64,000 nucleotides of DNA from Octopus vulgaris (taxonomy: Eukaryota). This document shows positions 13,548 to 25,802 of this stretch, piece after piece. A model generated the notes under the pieces. That model did not search any database, was not told the DNA's origin, and saw nothing but the letters and a program-made list of their open reading frames with translations. The stretch's first letter is position 1; each line of letters opens with the position of its first letter. Location: the NCBI GenBank assembly GCA_951406725.2, contig OX597823.1, positions 100,254,001 through 100,318,000 of the forward strand. The letters are read 5' to 3'. Position numbers and translations under genes: made by a program.

Positions 13548-14426
13548 ATATGCATATGCGGCATAGTTTCGGTTGTAGTAGCACAGATTTCCGTCGATTT
13601 CCGTAAAAAACTTTTATTTTTTTACATAAGTAATGAGAGCGAAAGAGACTAAGAGGAAGCGATTTTACGACGAGAAGGTTTCACTTTGAAGTCGACCTGT
13701 GTGTGTTTGATGGGGTGTGGGAGACAGACAGTATGTTGTGTAAGTGAAGTGCTTCTGTTAGTGTGTGCGAAGAGACAGACATACATATACACATACACCG
13801 AGTACATACATACACACACACAGATACATACACACACACATACATACATACACACACACATACTTACACACACACACATAGATACATACACACACACACA
13901 TACATGCAGACATACATATACACATACACCGAGTAAAAAATTACACTGAATCGACCATACATACATACACACATACATACACATACACACATACATAGAT
14001 ACACACACACATACATGCAGACATACATATACACATACACCGAGTAAAAAATTACGATGAATCGGCCATACATACACACACACACATACATAGATACATG
14101 CATACATACATATACACATACATGCATACATACATATACACATACACCGAGTAAAAAATCAGTTATCTCTCTCTTTCACACATTACTCTCTCTCTGTCTC
14201 TTCGCACACACTAACAGAAGCACTTCACTTACACAACATACTGTCTGTCTCCCTCACCCCATCAAACACACACAGGCCGATTTCAAAGTGAAACCTTCTC
14301 GTCGTAAAATCGCTTCCTCTTAGTCTCTTTCGCTCTCATTACTTATGTAAAAAAATATAAGTTTTTTACGGAAATCGACGGAAATCTGCGCTACGACATG
14401 CGAAACTTCGCCGCATATGCTTATAT
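13548..14426. mobile_element. Foldback/MITE-like element with ~230-bp terminal inverted repeats around a (CATA/CA)-rich minisatellite
   Basis: 13548-13779 is the reverse complement of about 14192-14426; the two ORFs share the translation CLFAHTNRSTSLTQHTV...RRKIASS on opposite strands. Confidence 0.85.
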
Positions 14427-15302
14427 TGTGTATGTAGCATCTGACGTAAATATATGTGTGTGTGTGTGTGTATGTGTATGTATATGCGTGTGTGTGTGTG
14501 TGTGTGTGTGTGTCTGTCTGTCTGTCTGTCTGTCTGTATGTCTGTATTCCTCAGTCCTCGTATGTTTCTATGTGTGCAGGATAATAACGGTGTGCGTATA
14601 TGTATGCGACACCTATTCATCACTTGTTTCTCTTGTTGGTCCCAAGCGGTGAATAATCATGAATATTAATTAGGGACCTTTACAAGGAAATATTCGAACA
14701 ACAAAGAAGAACAAAAAGAAAAATTCTGTAGTTTTGTTGTGACTGCTGTCAAAAATGAATTTATTGTAATACAGGGTTTATAGTCCCCACGACCCAACTA
14801 ACCCATATATTTGGTTCACCTGAATATGATACCATCTCTCGACAGACCAACGTGGGAGCTTGCATATGGTCGCTCGATCTTCCACAAATAACAACAAATT
14901 TCCTTCGAATCGTATCGTCTTACAACGGGAAGTATACTTTGAACAATGCAGTTCTAGTTATGCAAAAAGAAGAGAGGATGATCAAGGTTATAATGCCTTT
15001 CAGCGTAGTAAGCCTACTGGATCAGTGCTGACCTGAGCCTAAAACAACAGCGCTATCTATCTATCTAGCTAGCTATTTATCTATCTATCTGTCTATCTAT
15101 TTATCTATCTGTCTGTCTATCTATCTATCTATCTATCTATCTATATATATATATATATATCTATCTATCTACGCATGCATGTATATACGTACGCACGCGC
15201 GCTCACACATGTATGTATGTCTTTCTACCCGTCTCTATGTATGAATCTCTCTCTCTCTCTCTTTCTTTCTTTCCCATTGTCAGAGTGAGATATTTACAAG
15301 TA

Positions 15303-16010
15303 ATGGAGGTGACCGTCAAAGAATTCTTGAAATGTTTTCCTTTGTTCTCCCCTCCTCGCTCTACCGGAAGAAATGTATTACACAGTATTAGTCGTGGCGC
15401 ACTGGATCAGGTGTCAGCAATTCATCTGAAGAGTCGTAGGTTCTTGTTCCTACGACGTGCCCCCTTTTCCGATCGTGTAATCTTTGTTGTCTCTTATTTA
15501 CCCGACAACAAAATATGAAAAGAAAAAGAAACTTTTACAAAGACGGCTTGGTTATGACGAAACCTCGACGTGAGTGTTACTTGTTCTGCAAGAAAGTGGA
15601 TTACAGTACTTGGAGTGTATTCTCATACGAGAAAGACTGGAGGAGAAGTGGTTGGTGGAGGGGGGCAGGGAATGAAGGAGGAAAGGAAAGGAGAAAAGTT
15701 GTTGTATAGTTTCAAAAGTGAACAATTTTATGATCGAAGCTGTCCCAGTTCTCTTTCTCTTGAAGATTATGTAGCTATGACTTCATTATCTAATGCATCC
15801 TTTACTTTTCAAGACGGTAAGGGGGTATACTTTAAGGGAGATTTGATTGCTACATTTAACACGTCAAATGATCATCCAAAGCCTCTCAGCAGTGTTTCGA
15901 TCTGTATTTTGAAAGAGTATAGTAATTTGCTTGAAGCATTGCAATATGTAAATATGAAATGCTTAAAAACCTTTGAGCAAAGCAGGGATAGATTTGAGCA
16001 AAGTATGTAA
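15303..16010 (+). pseudogene. Candidate non-TE coding exon or pseudogene of unknown product: 235 codons with two in-frame TGA
   Basis: Polypyrimidine tract plus CAG at 15281-15283, then gtaATGg at 15303. ORFs 15213-15518 and 15570-16010 share one frame, with TGA at 15516 and 15555. Confidence 0.35.
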
Positions 16011-16719
16011 AGCGATGTCAATGAATGAAACCAAGAGCAAAGATATTGTTTCCTTTCTAAGATTGCTTAATAATCCTTTAATATTTCTGGGAAAATTTCT
16101 TCTTTTCACGTAAATCACTAATGTTATGTTTTCTAACTTAATATATTTCTACATAGACTACTCTGGGAGTATTTTCACTACATCGCTTCGTTCTTCATAT
16201 ACGAACCGGTTGCCTTACATATTTAATGTCTCGTGACTAACTGCTATTTATGCGTTAGCCTTCATGTAAAGCTATCTCTTTGTATACTGGTTGCTGAAGC
16301 ATGTCATTTCAGAAACCACAAAACGCCTATGGAAGTTACCATAATTTCACTATGCACACATTTTCTTTTTCTGAATTTATATGATACATTCTTTCCATTG
16401 ATTTCTTTCATATAGACTTTGGTCATATATATATATACACGCAAGTACTGTCCAAATCTCCGACCAATCACATACAGCTAGCTGGCATTCAATTCGTGTA
16501 TCAATTTTCGGGCATTTTGATTAGGTTTTGGGTAGAAAATTCATAAAAAAGTCACTTCTAATGATTTTTTAATGGCTTTACGGGATGACTGGGGAAATGT
16601 AAAGATGTGCACGACCACCCTAGGACGGTTTTGAATGACCATAAAAAGTGCGAGCCCTCAAACCAAAATTTATGGATTTGTATAGACACACACACAGAAA
16701 TATTGCCGTTTATATATAT

Positions 16720-17501
16720 ACTAGCAACATAGCCCGGCGTTGCCCGGGTATGTAAGAGCCCCTAGTAGGCAACGACTAATCCCAATCTAGTCCTTTCCCT
16801 CTAGGGAACGAAGGCGCATGTGTAGGTTGCAATGTCTTCTCTTCACTCCCAAATAACTATCAAACAGCTATCGATAATTCAACCCAACCAATTCCTACCA
16901 GGAAGAAATTACATTCGAGACTTTACCCCTAACACCGCCACTTCTGCTAATAGCTGCTGCAGCCGCAAGTTATTCGAATACTTTTTTTGTTTACACTTTC
17001 TTTATAACTACCACCCCAAACGTTTTACCTTAAATTTTTGATGTACCCTAGGGGTCCTCGGACGCTACTTGCAAACTCTTGGTTTATTATGAACCGCTTT
17101 TGTCGTGTGCATCAAAAAACCTTTTCTATTCGTTTGTTCAGTTTGGTCACTTTTGACTTTTTCGTTGTTGTCACTCACATTGCTGCCCGCTTTTTTGCCG
17201 TTTTTGTACATTTTTATACATTTTGGGATACTTACCCCACGTGTTCCGAGAGTTAAAAAGGTCGAGTTGCGTCCCCTAGACAGTCTGTAGAAAATGTGTT
17301 GCATATAAAAAGCTTAGATTCTCGACCCATGTCGAATTTATCGATTTTTTTTCAGAACTGGGGAACTTTTCAAAACTTTCGCTGCGTTAGTTTTGAATTA
17401 TGACATTGGGCTACGTGTGTGTCAAGTTTTAGCAGAATCGGTTGAAAGCCGCGGTCAGGTTGAGGGTACAACCTGACAGACACACAGACAGACAAACTGC
17501 C

Positions 17502-17510
<9 letters not shown>
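16720..17510 (-). mobile_element. Non-autonomous Helitron
   Basis: Minus-strand 3' end cccgg-gcaacg-ccggg, 8 nt, then CTAG. The other end is gacagacaaactgccgtttatatata, with a related end at about 16685-16715. Confidence 0.7.
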
Positions 17511-17551
<41 letters not shown>

Positions 17552-17649
17552 CAGTTTTTGCGTCTGCGCAGAGATTTGAAAAGTTAAGATCTGCAAGTTG
17601 TTTAGATCAACACTTGGTCTAACGCGCTGCGCATCTCGATTTAACTTAG

Positions 17650-17733
17650 GCGTCTCGCTGATGAAAGCGGCCTTAGCAAACATATTCTGTCTGTTTTGCT
17701 AGAAAGAGGTAGAAACTGATCAGTCCGGGATGT
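17650..17733 (+). ncRNA. Type I hammerhead ribozyme-like motif (PLE-associated)
   Basis: Stem I gcgtctcg/cgggatgt, CTGATGA, long stem II, GAAA, palindromic ctgatcag, GTC site. The stem II junction is non-canonical. Confidence 0.6.
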
Positions 17734-18212
17734 ATCGTTATTGGTAAATGTTTTTGATTTTCACTCTCGATAAATTTATCCCTTTTTTGTGTCCCTAGCA
17801 CTTGGCATCCTTATTTAGGAGCCCTTAATTATATTTCTATATGAATAATATTTTTCTATATGAATAATATTTTGTCTAATGACTAATTCGTCCTTTGTGC
17901 TGGGCCACTGGTAGTAATCTATATTATTACCCTTTTGATTATATTCATATATATATATATATACATATATATTATCAATTAATCAATATAGGGTAGCAAA
18001 AAATTCAATAGAAATTTATCGCCACCAGCGATTGAATTTTTTGCTACCCTATATTGATTAATTGATGATTTTATGACTAATTCTGAAATTGAATCAGCAG
18101 TTTATATTTACTGCTGATAAGTTGGCGCGAGTACGATGGTTTTGAAAATTTTAGGGCAGATATTCCTAGGGCATAGATACAGATGCCTCGTGTATATCCG
18201 CCTCTCCTGGCC

Positions 18213-18311
18213 TCTTTACCGATGAGGTGTAGCCTTTGGTGGATTGACTTAATTTAATTTAATTAAGCTGGTTTACCATTAAAAACACCGAAACAATGCA
18301 TTGTCTAAAGA
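18213..18311 (+). ncRNA. Type I hammerhead ribozyme-like motif with core variant CCGATGA
   Basis: Stem I tcttta/taaaga, stem II ggtgt/acacc, GAAA, palindromic caatgcattg, GTC. Confidence 0.65.
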
Positions 18312-18441
18312 TGAATTAGGGTAAATGTTTTTAAATTTTCCTTTAATTTCTGAATTACTACTACTTGGCGGTTTGAGTCCTGGCTGCTCTTTCTAGTGGG
18401 TCGAATGGCTTATTAAGGCCATTCCTCAATTGTTGTTGAAT

Positions 18442-18482
18442 TTATATACATATATATATATACGTATGTATGTATGTAAATG

Positions 18483-18537
<55 letters not shown>

Positions 18538-18648
18538 ATATATATGTATATATATGTATGTATATATATATATATGTATGCATATATATATGTATGTATG
18601 TATATATATGTATGTATGTATATATATATGTATGTATATATTTATATG

Positions 18649-18686
<38 letters not shown>

Positions 18687-18729
18687 CATGTATATATATG
18701 TATATATATATACTTATATATATATATAC

Positions 18730-18790
<61 letters not shown>
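18442..18790. repeat. (TA)n/(TATG)n microsatellite
   Basis: Direct reading. Confidence 0.98.
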
Positions 18791-18792
<2 letters not shown>

Positions 18793-20173
18793 CAATAATA
18801 ATTCTCTAAACGAGATATAGACAGTAACTGCTCCATAACAAAAGGGACATTAGCCATTTGAATGTGGCTAGGGACAGGGCAGGGCGGTGGGGGTGTTACT
18901 GTTGCATTTAGCCCCAGGCGAACATCAACGTCACCAGAAAGGCTTGACACCATCACGGCGTCCTCTATCCTGCAAAGGGAGATCATCCACCGAAGAAGCG
19001 GAAGCCACATACGGACCCAGGTTTCGAGGTGTTTGCCTCTCGTCAACATATGGTAGGCACCGCCCTTTGAAACCTCGGTTGCTGGTGCATCGGCGGCATG
19101 TTCCGAAACCCCTTCGGTGGAACGTGAGCCACCGGAGCGAGAGGCTCTGTTAGTGGGAATTGTGCTACTGACAGAGCGGGCTGAAGCCCCTCCCCGTGAG
19201 GAGAACGTGAAACCCGTCGTTTTCTATCTCAGGAAAGGGCCTGTCGAGAAGTGCTTGGACGGTCTTCTAGGCCGAAAACGATTGGACTCTGTTTGTATAG
19301 ACTGTCCAGACTGGTCTCCGAAGGCGGCTGCGGATGTTGTGAGTCAGAAGGAACTGTTCGAGGTTATGGTGACCTATAATAAAAAAGATTTTGCTTCCCT
19401 CTTTCCGGACCCCGACCTGCCGATGCAGGCTTTCCTGCTTGATTGATCTTATAGATTGTGTGTATATTGAATAATTTATTAAATATATTTGTAAGTCCAA
19501 TAATTGTCGTTTTTTATGGGAAAAAAAGAACAATGTTTTAGAGAAGCAGAAAATCGGTGGGCGTTTACTGCCTTCTCTCATCAATATCATCCTTGTTTCC
19601 TCATTCACTTCATCAATGTATATGTCCAACCCGCAAGCTACTCTTTGTATGGCAAATCTTAATGAAATAAAGTAGCTTGCTTAACCTTTGTCGAAGACAG
19701 ACGTCTTTTTTTGGCGGTGAGTCAAACGTTTTGTTGCACATGGATAATTTTATTAATATGTTATTAATATTGAATTTATTAATATTATTGATATTGAACT
19801 TGTTAAAGCCGTTGTAGGCTTTATTGTCGTGCCCCACCCCCGCTGAACTGTTATCCTCATTAAGGGGGAAAATATTATAGGCTTCCCGTTTTGGGGATAA
19901 GCAAATTATTATTGTGGAAAAAATTAAATTTTAGCCATTGTAGACTCTATTGTGACATCCACCCGTAGCGCGGGTGAGATTTGAACTGTTGTCCTCGTTG
20001 TGAGAAAAAAATATAGGTTTCCCTTCCCTTTTGGGGGGATTCTATATTTCATTATTGTGTGGAAAAAATTAATTTCGAATCGTCGTGAACTTTGGACTGC
20101 GGTAATACAAATTGATTATTTTTTTCCTCTGCGAGAGGGAAACCTTTTCTCTTGAATTATACTTATTTCAACC

Positions 20174-21244
20174 ATGTCGGTTGAAATCATTCGTGAAAAA
20201 AATGCTCTTGTAGAGAGCAATGTTGATGTTGGCAATTGCACCAACACTGTGAAAAAGTTTTCGGCAGTTGCCTCTGTGGCAACCGAAAATATCTCGGCAG
20301 ATATGTTGCAGGGATATTTTAAAAGGATGAAGGAAGAGGGAGGTGATGTTGTGATATCACCCTCCTCCACTGTGTTAGAAACAGAGAAACGGACCGTAGT
20401 GTATAAAACCTTCTGCCCACAAGACAAAAGGTTCAAACACTTCGAAAAAGAAATAATCGAAAAATGCCTGCCCCCGATATGGAGGGATATAGTGTATATC
20501 TCGAGGGGACGGGCATATGGTTCTGTTGAGGTCCAATTCTCAAAGGAAGAGGTGGCCTGCGGGCATTCCGTGTGTCTCCTGAAGTTCAAAGAAGTGGTAC
20601 TTCTGCCAACTTATATGGGACGAAAAACGTCCCGTGTAAGAATCAATGAAGTGCCACCTGAAGTGGACCCGAAAGAAGTGGTGGCCGTCCTGCTGTTTAA
20701 TAGGACGGACCGAATAAAATATTACAAACGACAAGTTCCGCCCCCCCCCCGAATTGGTTAGGGGGGAACATTACAGTATTAATTCAAGGAAAACAGGAGG
20801 ACATTCAGGTCCTACCAGAGAGAGTGCTCGTTGGGGAGAATGTGGCCCTTAGGGCACAGGTGGAAGGCCGTAAGCCCACCTGTTACCAATGCGGAAAAAG
20901 AGCCACATTCGAGTGGACTGTGAATAACAAAAAAAACCACCCCGCAAGCACACCAACCCCCACAAACAAAAAAAATCCCCACTCCCCCTGTTGTGGTGCC
21001 AGCCCCGAAACAAATGACAAAAAAGACCCAGCCCCTACACTCACAAACCCATACAAATATAAAAACACCCATACCCTTGAAAGCTGTGGCACCGACTGCT
21101 CCAAAAGGTGTTACCCCTAGAGACGTTAACCCCTCAGACGATACCATAGAGGTATCAGAGGGTGGATTTATAAAAAAAGAAAACCTTCCCCATCCATATC
21201 CCCTACAAAAAAACAAAACCAAAACAATACACAAAAGACACTAA
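20174..21244 (+). pseudogene. Tx1-like ORF1 (frameshifted)
   Basis: Homologous to ORF1 at 36636-37986 (RTVVYKT, ISRG..SVEV.F, LPTYMGR, VEGR.P.C..CG). Confidence 0.8.
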
Positions 21245-21581
21245 AAAAGAAATCCCACCCAGGAAGAAAAAGAGGAAAATTGTATGCTTGTCGAATACAA
21301 CACTACTGAACAATACACAAACGAAGCTATTGTGACACATCAGAGGACAAAACTCTATATCCAACATGAAGGACTGACGCGGAGATGTGCAGCAATAGGG
21401 GAAACCCTATACCGCGACTTAAAGGAAAGGAACCCGAACGCCATTTGAAATATTAACGAATTACCAAATTATGCGAAGGAAGGGGCTGATCCACGTGTGG
21501 TGAAGTCGGCCCCAGCTTCTCCAAGGAGAAAGTAAGTAGAACGTTTTACTTTTGTAAACGGACTCACTTAACTTTGGTTGT

Positions 21582-24500
21582 TTGAATGTGCGTGGTCTGA
21601 GTTCGAAGTGGAAGCAGGCGTGTTTCCTCGACGATCTCAGATCACATGATATGCATATGATGGTTGCTACAGAGACCAAGCTGAACAGTCTACAAACCTT
21701 CTCGCTTCTCCTGAATGGCTACGAGAAAATCATATCTCCTGGCCAGGCCGGACGTCGAGGGGTGTAGTGGTACTGATCCGTAAAGGATTGGCTCTGCAAA
21801 CAAGTACAGTCTATGTGGGCCCCGAAGGTGGGCTGGTCGTCCTTGATGTGACATACAGCAGTAAGGCCTTCAGGTTGATCGGACTCTATGCACCTTGTGC
21901 TAGAGGTTTCCAAACTGATTTTTATCGGCGCCTAGAGAACTTTCTCGTGACGTCGAAGACTTTAGTGGTATTACGGGACTTTAATGCTATCGTTGAGGTA
22001 CACATCGATAGTGTTGGCTCGATCCATAGAAAAATGAACTCACGTCTCGTGGATCTGCTTAAGCGGTTTCAGCTGGCAGATCGTTACAGACTTGACCATC
22101 CGAACGTCCTAGAGTGGACCTGGATGAGTGGCGACGGAAGGTTCAAGTCCTACTTAGATAGGATAGTGATAAGAACTGGAGATAAGTCTAGTTTTAGTTG
22201 TCCACAGCTTGTCCAGGTGCCCTATACTGACCATAGAATGGTCAAGTGTAGACTGGACATAGGTAGCACACTTAAGATAAAACCCGGCTACTGGAAGCTG
22301 AACAAGTCTATTTTGACTTGTGAGGCATACCGTAGCCGGATGAAGAAGTTAGTGCAGAGGGCGTTAACCGGAGCCGTGGTTAATAACCGGTGGTGGTTCG
22401 CCCTCAAAAGAGCCATTCGATTCGAGTCCATTAGGTTTAGTAAGCAAGTAAGACTAGACAGGGCTAGAATAAAAGGGCAATTAGTTAAGAACTTAGAGGA
22501 GGCGTTGAGGTTGGGCTGTGCATCTCACATTTTGGCAGCGACAACGGCATTAGACCGTCACCTCAAAACCAAACATGAGGGGTGTAGAGTTCGGGCTAAA
22601 GTGCGAGCATTGGGCCGTGAGGGAATTAATGTTGCTGGATGGGTCCGTACGATAGAACCCAGCGTGGCAATGATGCCACAATTAGGTCTCTTGCGGACGG
22701 AAACGGATGCACGGTCAAGGAGCGGGACGAGATGTGTGAGGCACTTTACAAGCACTTCGACGAGTTGTTCGGGAGGTGCGGGACGCTGGATCATGGTGAG
22801 GCCCTTAGGGACTTCCTGTCTGGCAGCCCGCATCTCTCGGCACGAGAGGCTGAGTGCTGTGAATGATCAATCACGGCCGCAGAGGTAATCGAGGTACTGG
22901 GCGAATTCCCCGGGGAGAAGTGACCGGGTCTCGTTGGTCTGCCTTATGAATTCTACAAAACTATACCAGACTTGTTCGGGCATCTGCTGGCCAGCGTCTA
23001 CGCCAATTGGCAGCAGAATGGGAGAATTCCCAAGTCTGCGAGCCGGGGGATGGTGACGTTGATCAGGAAGGACCCGAGCAAGGTGGACGATATAGGGAAC
23101 TTCAGGCCCATAACTCTGCTGAACACAGAGTTAAAGATTTTGGCCAAGGTGCTAGCGAAAAGGTTGGCGCGGGTCGTGGACAAACTTGTCGGGGAAGTGC
23201 AAACGTGCGCTATCCCGGGCAGGACGATACACGACAATTTCAACCTTATACGCTACTCCTTAGAGAGGGTGGGGAAGCTTTCTGGCGCAGGAGGGGCACT
23301 GGTACATGTAGACCGGTCCTCGAGAAGGCTGGCCTGGGCCCGACCTTCCGCTGTTGGATTGCTGCGTCGTACAGCAACATCGACTCCGTCGTCAAGGTGA
23401 ATGGTTTCCTTTCGAAGCCATTCAGGATCGAGCGTTCAGTTCGTCAGGGGTGTCCCCTGTCCCGGCTTCTAAATGTGTTGGCTCTTGAGCCTTTGCTGCG
23501 GGAGTTAGAGGCACTAGGGGGCGCACCGCATGATCTATGGTGTGGAAGAGGAGCTACGGCGTATGCTGATGACATCTCCATCATCGTGGCGGATGAAGGT
23601 CAGCTTCCAGTGGTGGAAGGGGCTATCAAAAGCTACGAGGCGGTGGCAGGAGCAAAGGTTAAGGACAAGTCAATTGGTTTGCAGCTCGGCACCTGGAGGA
23701 GCAAACCGATGCCGTCCAATAACGTCGTGGGGCGTTGGACGGAAGGTCATGTTAATCTGCTCGGAGTCTGGTTCGGGCCAGACTTCCAGGTAGAGAAAAA
23801 TTGGAGTGAGGTGGCCAGCAAGGTGACTGCTCTAACCCAGACCTGGTCTGGGCGGGCGTTATCCTTGCTAGGAAAGGCGGAGGTGGTGCAGATGTGTATA
23901 GCATCGGTTATCTCCTACCGTCTGACCGTGGTGCCTTGCCCCGATTTGTGGCTGAACAAGTTGGAGAGAATCCTTTTCCATTTATTGTGGAAAGGAGGAA
24001 AGCCACTCGTGAAGCGCTCTGTCTGCTGCCAGAAGCCACTAAAGGGTGGGCTAGGGATGTCTTGGCTGAGGATGTGAAAATTCGCGTTAAGGTTGAGGCA
24101 CCTCTGGCTTTACATGGATGGAGAGCAGATGTGGTCACCGCACGTTTGTTTCTACCCTCCGCAATTAACGTCCTTAACGGACATTGGTAATTGGATCAAG
24201 CAGAGACCTAGGCTGGGGGACTGGCAATTGGAGTGCCACCAGGCACTTCAGCTACTCTCTCGGGCGGGCAATGCCGGCAACAAGAGTTCCACCGCGGATT
24301 TCAATTGTGGGTTAGTGGAAGTTAAGTCCGAAGACGCCTTGGGGGAGACCATGGGCTACGATTAAAATCAGAGAACTTTCGGGCCGGGGTATCTTGACAA
24401 TTACCAGAAGTCTCTGGCTTGGCAGTGCTTCCGTGCGGCGTTACATGTTCGTGATAAACTGTCAAGGCACGGAAGTGCCGTCTCGCCGACATGTCTGAGG

Positions 24501-24881
24501 TGCGGGCAGGACAGGGAAACCGTCTAGCACGCATTTGTGGAGTGTCCGGAATTAACGGGACTGATAGTTTTCGCAGAGCAGCTGTTGTCATCGATGGGAA
24601 GAGTACAGCTATCAGCTGAGATTGTGCCGCCTCCTTCCCTTAACAGGGAAAGGAAGGCTTGCTTTTTCTGCGTAGTAGCTATACTGAAAGAAACAGTATG
24701 GAAGGCGCGTGTGAGAGGCATAGTGTCGGGTATCTTTATATCCGGCCAGGGGTTGGTTAACTTTTTTAGTTACCACCTCAGTAATAAGATCAGGCTGGAG
24801 AAAAGGTACCTGTCACGAGACAGATTCATGAGAAGATGGAAGCCTGTGGCGAGGAAGCTGGGAGTGTTTGGCACCAGGTAA
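21582..24881 (+). pseudogene. Tx1-like ORF2 (APE endonuclease, RT, C-terminal domain), disrupted
   Basis: Motifs spread over ORFs 21582, 21767, 22639, 22972, 23007, 24093 and 24537. Confidence 0.9.
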
Positions 24882-25135
24882 GTGGAAGCCAAAAACAGGA
24901 AAGAAAAAGCAAGGGGTCTACTCTGGTGGTCGGATGCCTATTCTTCAGAGAAGCCATTACAAATTTCATTTGTAATGAGCAACGCTTAAGTCAAAAGTTA
25001 TAAACATATTTATTAAATTATTGTAAATTTTAAACTGTAAATATTTAATCGCTACAGCTACTTCACCCTTTTATGTTTGTCTGTTCTTGTTCGTCCCCTC
25101 TTTGTAATGCCTTCATGGCAAATATTTATGAAATA

Positions 25136-25270
25136 AAGTAGCTTGCTTACCAACCACATGGTTCCGGCTTCAGTCCCACTGCGTGGCACCTTGGGCAAGT
25201 GTCTTCTACTACAGCCTCGGGCCGACCAAAGCCTTGTGGGTGGATTTGGTAGACAGAAACTGAAAGAAGC

Positions 25271-25353
<83 letters not shown>

Positions 25354-25560
25354 TGTGCGTGTGTTTGTCCCCCCAACATAGCTTGGCAACTGATGGTGGT
25401 TTGTTTACGTCTCCGTAACTTAGCGGTTCGGCAAAAGACACCGATAGAATAATTACTAGGCTTCCAAAGAATAACTCCTGTGGTCGATTTGCTCAAATAA
25501 AGGCGGTGCTCCAGCATGGCCTCAGTCAAATAACTGAAACAAGTAAAAGAGTAAAAGAGA
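25136..25560 (+). mobile_element. tRNA-derived SINE (family B) lacking its extreme 5' end, with internal (TG)n and an adjoining common repeat
   Basis: Matches the more complete copy at about 30380-30810 (agcttgctt.ccaaccacatggttc...caccttgggcaagtgtc). Confidence 0.8.
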
Positions 25561-25695
25561 GTAATCAGCCGAAATTACTACGATGATCCGGTTCTTGACT
25601 GAAGACTGAGGGTTTCGAATGTCCTGTCCGTGTTTATTGTGTCGTCTTCTGGGAGTTGTGCGTTCTTGTCCATGTTGTGTTTTTCTACATACCTT

Positions 25696-25802
<107 letters not shown>

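Larger units (their letters stand above)
19684..25135 (+). mobile_element. Full-length decayed Tx1-like LINE inserted in a SINE head; TSD AAGTAGCTTGCTTA
   Basis: ORF1 20174 to about 21500, frameshifted, with a CYQCG knuckle remnant. ORF2 about 21560-24881 with NVRGL, ETKL, DFNAIV, SYLDRI, TDH, RPITLLN, QGCPLS and YADD, and multiple stops. Duplicated flank at 19670-19683 and 25136-25149. Confidence 0.9.
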
